This document shows, one piece after another, positions 26,795 to 34,051 of a stretch of DNA of 64,000 nt. The notes beneath the pieces were generated by a model, which ran no database searches, was not told the origin of the DNA, and saw nothing but the letters and a program-made list of their open reading frames with translations. The stretch lies in the IMG/VR virus record IMGVR_UViG_3300048861_000081, positions 3,689-67,688 of that record, one strand, 5' to 3'. How positions within the stretch are numbered: the stretch's first letter is position 1; each line of letters begins with the position of its first letter. Position numbers and translations under genes: made by a program. This DNA is from a virus (Duplodnaviria > Caudoviricetes).

Positions 26795-26796
26795 GA

Positions 26797-27024
26797 TCAG
26801 CGCCCCACACCAAAGGCGGCGGCGACCCAAGCCTGATAGGCGCTGTGGCGCGCATCGGCCGCAGCGCGAAGCGTCGTCCCCGGCTGACCTTTACCGCGCT
26901 GTTCGTAGCGCGCTTGGCCGGCGTCGTTACCGAATTCGAGCTCTAAGGCGGATTGCCAGAAGTCGTCGCTTTCCTGAAACGCCCGGACGATCGCGGGCGT
27001 CATATGCGCAATGGTGTTGTTCAT
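26797..27024 (-). CDS. Hypothetical protein
   Basis: 75-aa ORF with RBS-like AAGG. Confidence 0.6.
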   Translation of the reverse strand: MNNTIAHMTPAIVRAFQESDDFWQSALELEFGNDAGQARYEQRGKGQPGTTLRAAADARHSAYQAWVAAAFGVGR

Positions 27025-27089
27025 AGTTCATTGCCTTGCTGGTTGATTTAGATGACCGGCGGCAAGCGCCGGTCGCCGAAATCCGCCGG

Positions 27090-27584
27090 TCAGGATTTGC
27101 CGATCTGCTTTTGAAGACGGGTTTGGATTTCTTCGGCGTCCTGGCCTTGGATCATCGGGAAGACCTGATCTGCCTTCAGATCAGAGCAGCACCCGGATAC
27201 GTCCCAAGTTACCTCGACTTCGTCCCGCCAACGCGCGGTTATGGTGCCGGTGAAGCCGGCAGCGTCCTGAACGCGGTCGTCGACTTGCCAGATACGCAGT
27301 TCAGCCTTCGCGATTACCTGTCTGGCTTTCTGAATTGGACCAAAACTCGTAGCATCGGGGAAAGCTGTGGTGATGCGATCAACGCAATCCTTTAGCGCCG
27401 CCAGCAATTCGGGCGCTGACCTAACAAGCTTGGCATTCGCTTGCGCTTCTTCACGGGCGTCCTCGCCGCTGTGACGAATGTCGGCGAAGACCTCAATAAA
27501 AATGCCTGTCCCTTCGGCTGAAATGCCGATGTCACCGTTTGCCGCCGTCTTTAGCGACCATTCTCCTGCTGTATGTGTTTTCAA
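27090..27584 (-). CDS. Hypothetical phage protein (ANAxL..APELL motif)
   Basis: AAGGAG RBS before TTG; QANAKLVRSAPELLAALK is a common phage motif. Confidence 0.65.
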   Translation of the reverse strand: MKTHTAGEWSLKTAANGDIGISAEGTGIFIEVFADIRHSGEDAREEAQANAKLVRSAPELLAALKDCVDRITTAFPDATSFGPIQKARQVIAKAELRIWQVDDRVQDAAGFTGTITARWRDEVEVTWDVSGCCSDLKADQVFPMIQGQDAEEIQTRLQKQIGKS

Positions 27585-27764
27585 GATTATCTCCTTCGAT
27601 GCGATTGGATGGCCGTCGATATGACGGTCACCGAATGGCATCTGGGGCTTCGGGGCTGTTCGCGGCGCGGTCCCGAAGCCATGTCCGCGCGGTGGGCTAC
27701 ATGGCTGCCCCCTTTGCTGGCGGGCGGGATAGCCGCGCCGCTGTGGCGTTCGCCTGAGGCTTCA

Positions 27765-28619
27765 TCAGAAGCCCCACTTCGTTGCGCAGACCGGGCCAAT
27801 GCCGGCGGCGATGCTTGCGGGATCGGTCAGTTCCCGACCGCAGCAAGAGCATTCGCCGGTGGTCTTGCCGTAGCGCTCGGCGGCTTCGGCCGGGTTGTCG
27901 GCGATGATGCGGAGGGCGGTCTTGTCGTCGTCGGTCGCATCCTGGCCGGCGCTGAACGTCTGGCCGACGACCTTGCCGAGATAGGTCCCGTTCTTGCGCT
28001 TGACGTAGATCGCGCCGGGGTTCGCCGAATTCGGCTTTGCAAGCGAAAGGACAAGACCTTCAGCGCGATATTGCAGCTTGGAAAGACCGGCTGACTTCGC
28101 CTTGTCGAACATCGCGTGGATCGGCGACAGGTCGACCGGCGTCTGCGCTGCGGCCTTGCGGACGTCTCGTTCCGATCGGCGCTGCTCGTCCCGCGCTGCG
28201 ACCTTCGCCTGCGTCGACCGAACCGCGCGAAGCTGTCCTTCGGTCAGGGCGCCTTTCTCGCGATACGCGGTCAGCATGTCGCGCAGGAATTCCGACCAAT
28301 GGGCGTTTGCAGCCAAGAAGTCGGCGACGCCGTGGTTCTCGGCGCTGAACAATTCCTGCGCGGTTTCGAGCTTCGATTGCTTGCGCTTCGCGGCCTGGGC
28401 GCGCGCCTTCATGCGGTCGCCGTGCGACTGGTAGAAGAAGCCGCGGCCACCACAGGGGAAGCATTTATCGTCGGGCTGATGAACGCGGGCGCCGCGATAC
28501 TTGCCGGAACCGCCGCATGACTGGCAGGGGAACGTGGGGCGATCTTCCTTCGCCTTGGCGGCGGCGTTTCCACCCACCGCGGGCAGTTCGTCGAGATCGG
28601 AAAAGTCAGAAAAGGTCAT
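27765..28619 (-). CDS. DUF6011-domain protein with N-terminal CxxCxGxG zinc finger
   Basis: CQSCGGSG and CFPCGGRG; C-terminal CSCCGRELTDPASIAAGIGPVC. Confidence 0.8.
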   Translation of the reverse strand: MTFSDFSDLDELPAVGGNAAAKAKEDRPTFPCQSCGGSGKYRGARVHQPDDKCFPCGGRGFFYQSHGDRMKARAQAAKRKQSKLETAQELFSAENHGVADFLAANAHWSEFLRDMLTAYREKGALTEGQLRAVRSTQAKVAARDEQRRSERDVRKAAAQTPVDLSPIHAMFDKAKSAGLSKLQYRAEGLVLSLAKPNSANPGAIYVKRKNGTYLGKVVGQTFSAGQDATDDDKTALRIIADNPAEAAERYGKTTGECSCCGRELTDPASIAAGIGPVCATKWGF

Positions 28620-28682
28620 CAGGTCTTTCCTCTTTGAGGTGCAGTTGGATGATCCCCGAAGGGGATCGCCGAACGGCACCGG

Positions 28683-28916
28683 TCAGGCGTAGTTGTTGCG
28701 GATAAGGAAGGAGATCAGCTCGGCGCGCGTGCCTTCGCGGTAGTGGCCACCGACCGGGAAAATGTAAAAGACGGTTTTCCCTTCCCGGCAAAGTTCCCCG
28801 ACCATGGCGTAGGCGGCAGTTTCGAGTTTCTCGATGCGACCGAGGAACCGGTCTTCGGCGGCCATGCGGCGCGACTGGCGGGCTTCAAGGTGGCGTTCGT
28901 AGTCAAAGCTAGGCAT
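28683..28916 (-). CDS. Hypothetical protein, first gene of the second leftward operon
   Basis: GGGGA RBS before MPSF. Confidence 0.6.
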   Translation of the reverse strand: MPSFDYERHLEARQSRRMAAEDRFLGRIEKLETAAYAMVGELCREGKTVFYIFPVGGHYREGTRAELISFLIRNNYA

Positions 28917-28988
28917 TGGATTGTGTCCCCATAGATGCAAAATCAATGTGGATGTTATGGCGCCTTTTCCAACGAAACTCAATAGCTA

Positions 28989-29005
28989 GTAGGAATAAAA
29001 CCAAC
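28989..29005. promoter_or_regulatory. Putative repressor operator
   Basis: GTAGGA-ATAAA-ACCAAC. Confidence 0.75.
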
Positions 29006-29056
29006 TAAAAGCGCAAATCAGCGGTAAACTCGCTTCTTGTCCCCAACTCGACCAGC

Positions 29057-29115
29057 GTGACGCAACGCAGTGACAACCACTCTTTTTAGCGTGACTATCC
29101 GTGACGTAGCGTGAC
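29057..29115. repeat. Five GTGAC direct repeats, three at exact 10-bp spacing
   Basis: GTGAC at 29057, 29070, 29091, 29101, 29111. Confidence 0.75.
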
Positions 29116-29188
29116 AGTTCGCCGAAAATACTAATGATTTCAGCGTCAAGACAAATCGACCCGGAAAGGCTTATCCGCAAAATATTTT

Positions 29189-29205
29189 GTTGGATGTCAT
29201 CCAAT
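29189..29205. promoter_or_regulatory. Putative repressor operator
   Basis: GTTGGA-TGTCA-TCCAAT. Confidence 0.7.
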
Positions 29206-29471
29206 TGAATTTCCTCATTATTCCCCCTCGCGCCGATCCTTCTCCAAAAAATAGTTGGAAAATGCCGCTTGACGGCTGAGACAAAATCGATGTTTCTTCG
29301 CGCTTATCAGCCTCGCACCGCGCGCAGTTGAAAGAGACCAGCGAAGGCGACGGCGAGGCGGCGACAAGCCGCAACGAGCCGTCTGCCGGTTCGGTCTTCT
29401 CTTCTTCTTCTATTCATCAATCGATCTTCCATCCTAATCAGGATGAAGAAGACGCACGCGAGGTTCGCCCG

Positions 29472-30059
29472 ATGGCAAGGACGCCGATCGTTACGATCAC
29501 GCTGACCGACGACATCCTTCGCAACTACGGCAACCAGCTCGGGGCGCTTGGGGAAGCCGAAGGGTTCAAGGCTCTCGCCCGCGCAGTCAACCGCGTAACG
29601 AACACCGTCTATGGTCGCGTCATCAGACAGGTCGCTAAGCAATCGTCGATCCCGACCGCCGTTGTTCGCCGCTCGATCAAGAAGCAATTGGTCAGCCCGA
29701 ACATCAACCATGGCGGCGCGCTTGAAGGTGTCATCACGGCGACCGGCAATCCGCTATCGCTTCGGGTCTTCAATCCCAAGCAATTCTCCTGGGGTGTCCG
29801 CGTCAAGGTATGGGGCAGGGTTCAGCGCTTCCCCGGTACGTTCATCTACGCCGGCACGTACAGGTCAGGGCAGTATGTCGGCAGCGGTCATGTGTTCCAT
29901 CGCCTGACCCGCGAAAGCAAACCGATTGAGGAACTGTTCGGTCCATCAGTACCGGAGGAAATGGTACGCGATGAAAGCGCCAAGTTATTCGACGCAACGG
30001 TGCAACTGATGTTGCCCGTTCGCGTCGCCCATGAGATCGGGCGTCTCCTCCCTGCCTGA
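29472..30059 (+). CDS. Minor tail protein Z-like (tail completion) protein
   Basis: KALARAVNRVTNTV...VAKQSSIPTAVVRRSIK and EELFGPSVPE resemble the gpZ family; GAGG RBS before ATG 29472. Confidence 0.6.
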   Translation: MARTPIVTITLTDDILRNYGNQLGALGEAEGFKALARAVNRVTNTVYGRVIRQVAKQSSIPTAVVRRSIKKQLVSPNINHGGALEGVITATGNPLSLRVFNPKQFSWGVRVKVWGRVQRFPGTFIYAGTYRSGQYVGSGHVFHRLTRESKPIEELFGPSVPEEMVRDESAKLFDATVQLMLPVRVAHEIGRLLPA

Positions 30060-30065
30060 TCCCAA

Positions 30066-30097
30066 GACGCCCCGCCTTCCTCCTCAGGCGGGGCGTC
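30066..30097 (+). terminator. GC-rich hairpin, probable terminator (weak U tract)
   Basis: GACGCCCCGCC-10nt-GGCGGGGCGTC. Confidence 0.55.
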
Positions 30098-30250
30098 GTT
30101 CTATTGCGCAGCCGCGCAACATTATTGCGCGAACGATAGTATCACCACGACGCAACAATCGTTCGCGAGGCGTTGGGTCAACGAAAGAATGTTGCGCAAT
30201 AAAATTACACCGCCGCGAAACAATGTTGCACCTCCCCCTCGGTAGGGACC

Positions 30251-30300
30251 GATCCTTACGGGGGTAACCGGGCGGGACCGCCGCCCCCCGACTTTTGCGC
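30251..30300 (+). other. Candidate cos (packaging/cohesive end) site
   Basis: GATCCTT (cosQ-like) followed by GGGCGGGACCGC (compare lambda GGGCGGCGACCT); upstream of packaging genes with a GpA-type terminase. Confidence 0.5.
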
Positions 30301-30377
30301 ATGTTTCAATTTTTCGAATTTTCGGTTGGGTTGGGATCAGGGATTTTGATCCTCCCGCCGGCCATCAGGACGCCGCG

Positions 30378-31964
30378 ATGAAGAAAGAAATTGAGGATCA
30401 AGGGGTTAAGGTCTTCCTCGCGAACCTGACAGAGCTAACGCCGAACCCGAAAAACGCGCGCACCCATCCGGTTTCGCAAGTCCAGCAAATCAAGGCGTCG
30501 ATCCGCGAGTTCGGATGGACAAACCCGATGCTTGCGGACATGGATGACGCCGGAATGATCGTCGCCGGCCATGGTCGGCGGCTCGCCGCGATCGAGCTCT
30601 ACGACGCCGGCGAAACGATCCGGCTGCCGAACGGTCGCGCCCTTCCGCCTTGGACGGTGCCGGCGATCGACTGCGCCGGATGGACGGCAAAGCAACGGCG
30701 CGCTTATACGCTTGCCGACAACCGCTTAGCCGAAACGTCCGAATGGGATGAAGAACTCTTGAGCGCGGAACTTGTCTTCCTGCGCGAAGAGAAATTTGAC
30801 CTTGGCCTGACCGGCTTCGACGACAAGTTCCTCGACAAGCTGATCGACGCGGCTGCCGGCGGCGACGATCCGGCGGCGGCGCGGGCGACCTTGGCCGAGC
30901 GCTTCGGCATCCCGCCGTTTTCTGTCCTTAACGCCCGCGAGGGATGGTGGCAGGATCGCAAGCGCGCCTGGATCGGCCTCGGCATCCAGTCCGAACTTGG
31001 TCGCGGCGAAGGTTTGAACGACGCGGCGCCGAGCGGTTCAGCCCGGCCGTCGACGACCTATTCAGTCGACAAGGCGCGCGGCGACGGCAAAGGCCGCGCC
31101 GCCAACGGCAAGCGCAAGGCGGCGACGTTCGGCCAGGATCTTATGCGCGGCGAGCATGTCGTCGGCGATCGCGACGCCATCCCGAAGGGGTTGCTTTACG
31201 GCGAGATGCAGAACTTCGACGGGGCGGGCCGTCAGATAACGGGGACATCGATCTTCGACCCGGTCGTCTGCGAACTTGCTTATCGCTGGTTTTGCCCGCC
31301 GGGCGGGACGATCCTTGATCCGTTCGCCGGCGGTTCGGTTCGCGGTATCGTCGCGTCAGTCCTTGGCCGTCAGTATGTCGGCTGCGACCTTCGCGCCGAG
31401 CAGGTTGACGCAAACCGGGTTCAGGGTAGAAAGATTTGTTCCGACCCACGGCCGGTTTGGATTACCGGCGACAGCCGGGCCATTGCCGACCATGCGGCCG
31501 GAACCGAAGCGGACTTCGTCTTTAGCTGCCCGCCATACGCGGACCTCGAAATTTACAGCGACGACCCGGCGGACCTGTCGACGCTTGCCTATTCCGAATT
31601 TCGGAAGGCGTATTTCGAGATCATCGCCGCTACGTGCGGCATGCTGAAGGAAGACCGCTTCGCCTGTTTCGTCGTCGGCGAGGTGCGCGACAAGCGTGGC
31701 AACTATTACGGCTTTGTGCCGGATACGATCGCCGCCTTCGACGCGGCCGGGCTGCGCTTCTATAATGAAGCGATCCTCGTTACAGCCGCCGGGTCGTTGC
31801 CGATCCGAGCCGGGAAGCAGTTCGGGGCAACCCGGAAGCTCGGAAAAACTCACCAGAACATACTGGTATTCGTGAAGGGCGACGCCAAGCGCGCGACCGA
31901 AGCGATCGGCGAAGTAGAATTCGGCGAGATCGTCGCCGATGAAAACGAAGGAGAAAACGCATGA
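30378..31964 (+). CDS. ParB-like domain fused to amino-DNA methyltransferase
   Basis: LTPNPKNARTH...FGWTNPML...IVAGHGRRLAA (ParB-like); LDPFAGGS, GCDL, FSCPPY. Confidence 0.85.
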   Translation: MKKEIEDQGVKVFLANLTELTPNPKNARTHPVSQVQQIKASIREFGWTNPMLADMDDAGMIVAGHGRRLAAIELYDAGETIRLPNGRALPPWTVPAIDCAGWTAKQRRAYTLADNRLAETSEWDEELLSAELVFLREEKFDLGLTGFDDKFLDKLIDAAAGGDDPAAARATLAERFGIPPFSVLNAREGWWQDRKRAWIGLGIQSELGRGEGLNDAAPSGSARPSTTYSVDKARGDGKGRAANGKRKAATFGQDLMRGEHVVGDRDAIPKGLLYGEMQNFDGAGRQITGTSIFDPVVCELAYRWFCPPGGTILDPFAGGSVRGIVASVLGRQYVGCDLRAEQVDANRVQGRKICSDPRPVWITGDSRAIADHAAGTEADFVFSCPPYADLEIYSDDPADLSTLAYSEFRKAYFEIIAATCGMLKEDRFACFVVGEVRDKRGNYYGFVPDTIAAFDAAGLRFYNEAILVTAAGSLPIRAGKQFGATRKLGKTHQNILVFVKGDAKRATEAIGEVEFGEIVADENEGENA

Positions 31965-32188
31965 CGACGACGATTGTCGTAAAGGCAAATCACGGCTGGC
32001 CTGTCGATGTTACCGGCATCGATCCGAAGACAGGCGAACCGGTCGATTGGTATGGCGGGCGCGTTGCTGCCGGCGATACCCGCGAATTCTACTGCCATTC
32101 GTCGCTTGATCTTCGCATTCACGAAGTCCAGCCGGACGAAATCGCGGAACCGGCGCCGGCCGCTGATACGCCTGAACCGGCTTCCTGA
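31961..32188 (+). CDS. Hypothetical protein
   Basis: GGAG RBS, ATGA overlap. Confidence 0.65.
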   Translation: MTTTIVVKANHGWPVDVTGIDPKTGEPVDWYGGRVAAGDTREFYCHSSLDLRIHEVQPDEIAEPAPAADTPEPAS

Positions 32189-32365
32189 AATCCACCGGGC
32201 CGCGCCGCGCGGCGCCCATTGCAAGGTGCATGGGATAAGGTTTCGCGGCATACCCGCGCCGGGGTTCCAAATTATCCGGGTGGGAAGGCGTGCACAATTT
32301 GGCGGGGATACGGCGTTGCTAATTGTTGCAGCCGCGAGCCCCGATAATTCGCCCGAATGGGCAAA

Positions 32366-32396
32366 GCAAAAGGCCCGGATCACTCCGGGCCTTTTG
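32366..32396. terminator. Bidirectional intrinsic terminator
   Basis: GCAAAAGGCCCGGA-TCAC-TCCGGGCCTTTTG between convergent units. Confidence 0.85.
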
Positions 32397-32574
32397 TTGC
32401 TTCCTTTTCCTCGCGGTCGATTTCTTCGATCCATTCGAGCGCTCGCGTTCGCGTTGGGAACCCCTTGCTGCGGTCCTTCGAAGCGTAAGCGACCCATCTG
32501 GTTTTGGGCGGCTCGCCCATAACCTTCATGATCGTGCCGATGCGCTTCCCGTTGTTGTCGTGGACAGCGTACAT
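32380..32574 (-). CDS. Hypothetical protein
   Basis: AGGAGG RBS; TAATG overlap. Confidence 0.65.
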   Translation of the reverse strand: MYAVHDNNGKRIGTIMKVMGEPPKTRWVAYASKDRSKGFPTRTRALEWIEEIDREEKEATKGPE

Positions 32575-33431
32575 TAAGCCTCCTTTTGATCTTGGCGCGC
32601 TTCCAACGCGACGACGCACAGGTTGCGGTAACGGTTCATTGCTTGCGGGCTGCTCGAAATCGGGTTGATCGGGTACGCCCTAAGATCCTCGATTTTACCT
32701 GCTTCGGCCAGGGCGACAAGTTCGGCGAGCTTGGCGCGGTAACGGCGATGGGTTTCGGCGCTGAAGTCCGGCGCCGCCGGCAGTTCGCCGCGTTCGGCCG
32801 CCTCAAGCATCGCAGCCTTCTTGCTTGCCGGCTTGGCAACCTTCGCGGGCTTTTCGGCCGGCGCCGGGTAGTCGTCGGCCTTGGCCGGGGCAAGGGCATC
32901 GATCGCGGCCTTACGTGCTGCGGCGTTGCCGATTTCCGGGGCGGCTTCCGCCTTTGGCGCCAAGCGATCGCGAAGGCGACCGGCGACGTCGGCGAACGGG
33001 CCGGCAAGGAAATCATGGGGATTGTCGACCCCCTTTTCGGCCGCAAGGTTCAGGAAGCGATTGACCGCTGCGTCCTTTGTATTGGCGCGCTTCTTATCGC
33101 CGCCGGACAGGATCGCGGAAAGCTGCTCGATTTCGCTGCGGCTGATTTGGACTTCCGACTGCGGCGCGGGTTCGCCCGCCGCCTTCGCGGCTTCGACCAT
33201 GTCCTGCGGGACCATGACAGCCGAGTTGTTCGGCAGGATGCCGTAGACGAGGCAAGGTTTGCCGCCGGCTCCGGCGCTGATGCGCTCGGCGATGTCGGCG
33301 GCTTCAAAAAGGGTCGCCGCCGGCTCATTGATCTTCGTATGCGGACCGCGACGCTGATGGACGTTGAAGCGGACTGCTGATGCAATCCGCTCGCGATCGC
33401 GGATGTCGACGGGGTGCAGGGGCTTAGACAT
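32574..33431 (-). CDS. Hypothetical two-domain protein with Ala/Lys/Pro linker
   Basis: 285-aa ORF; C-terminal PDFSAETH...INPISSSP..MNRYRNL segment recalled from alphaproteobacterial mobile elements. Confidence 0.75.
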   Translation of the reverse strand: MSKPLHPVDIRDRERIASAVRFNVHQRRGPHTKINEPAATLFEAADIAERISAGAGGKPCLVYGILPNNSAVMVPQDMVEAAKAAGEPAPQSEVQISRSEIEQLSAILSGGDKKRANTKDAAVNRFLNLAAEKGVDNPHDFLAGPFADVAGRLRDRLAPKAEAAPEIGNAAARKAAIDALAPAKADDYPAPAEKPAKVAKPASKKAAMLEAAERGELPAAPDFSAETHRRYRAKLAELVALAEAGKIEDLRAYPINPISSSPQAMNRYRNLCVVALEARQDQKEA

Positions 33432-33523
33432 TTACTTGCTCCAAGTTGTGGCTAACTGATGTCTCTCTCATACCGCGAGAACATAAAAGAGCAACTGGCA
33501 CACCGCCGGTTGTGCGTAATTTA

Positions 33524-33540
33524 GTGGGATTTTTTCCAAT
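33524..33540. promoter_or_regulatory. Putative repressor operator overlapping the terS start codon
   Basis: GTGGGA-TTTTT-TCCAAT; last two bases are the AT of ATG 33539. Confidence 0.65.
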
Positions 33541-34051
33541 GCCGGAAAAAGCAGAGAGCAAAACGGAAGCCGGGACCATCGGGACCGAGCAGACCGCAAA
33601 GCTACTCGACATCACGGCCGAATGGCTGCGCCGCCTAACGGTGCAAGGGTACATCCCGAAGGCCAAGCGCGGTCGGTACAACCTCGTCGAAGCCGTTCAA
33701 GGCTACATCCGGTTTCTTCGCGACGAAGGGAAGCGGACGTCGAAGAGCGCGCAACTGACGCGGATGCAGGACGCCAAGGCCGAAGAAATCATGATGCGCG
33801 TCGCCGAGAAGCGGCGCGAACTGATCCCGGTCGAAGATGCCCAGGCGGCGCTTGATATCGCCATGGCGAAATTGCGGGAGGAACTGGCGGGGCTTCCTGC
33901 GCGGATGACGCGCGATATGGACCTGCGCCGCAGGTTGGAAGCGGAAACGAATGCAAGCCTCAACCGGATCGCGGACGCCTTCGTCGCATCTGCCAAATAT
34001 TTTAGAGAGGGCGGCGACCTTCCTTCGGGTAGCGGAAGCGACGACGCCTGA
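33539..34051 (+). CDS. Terminase small subunit (Nu1-like)
   Basis: wHTH GTEQTAKLLDITAEWLRRL...GRYNLVEAVQGYIRFLR, then coiled coil; directly upstream of terL. Confidence 0.85.
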   Translation: MPEKAESKTEAGTIGTEQTAKLLDITAEWLRRLTVQGYIPKAKRGRYNLVEAVQGYIRFLRDEGKRTSKSAQLTRMQDAKAEEIMMRVAEKRRELIPVEDAQAALDIAMAKLREELAGLPARMTRDMDLRRRLEAETNASLNRIADAFVASAKYFREGGDLPSGSGSDDA

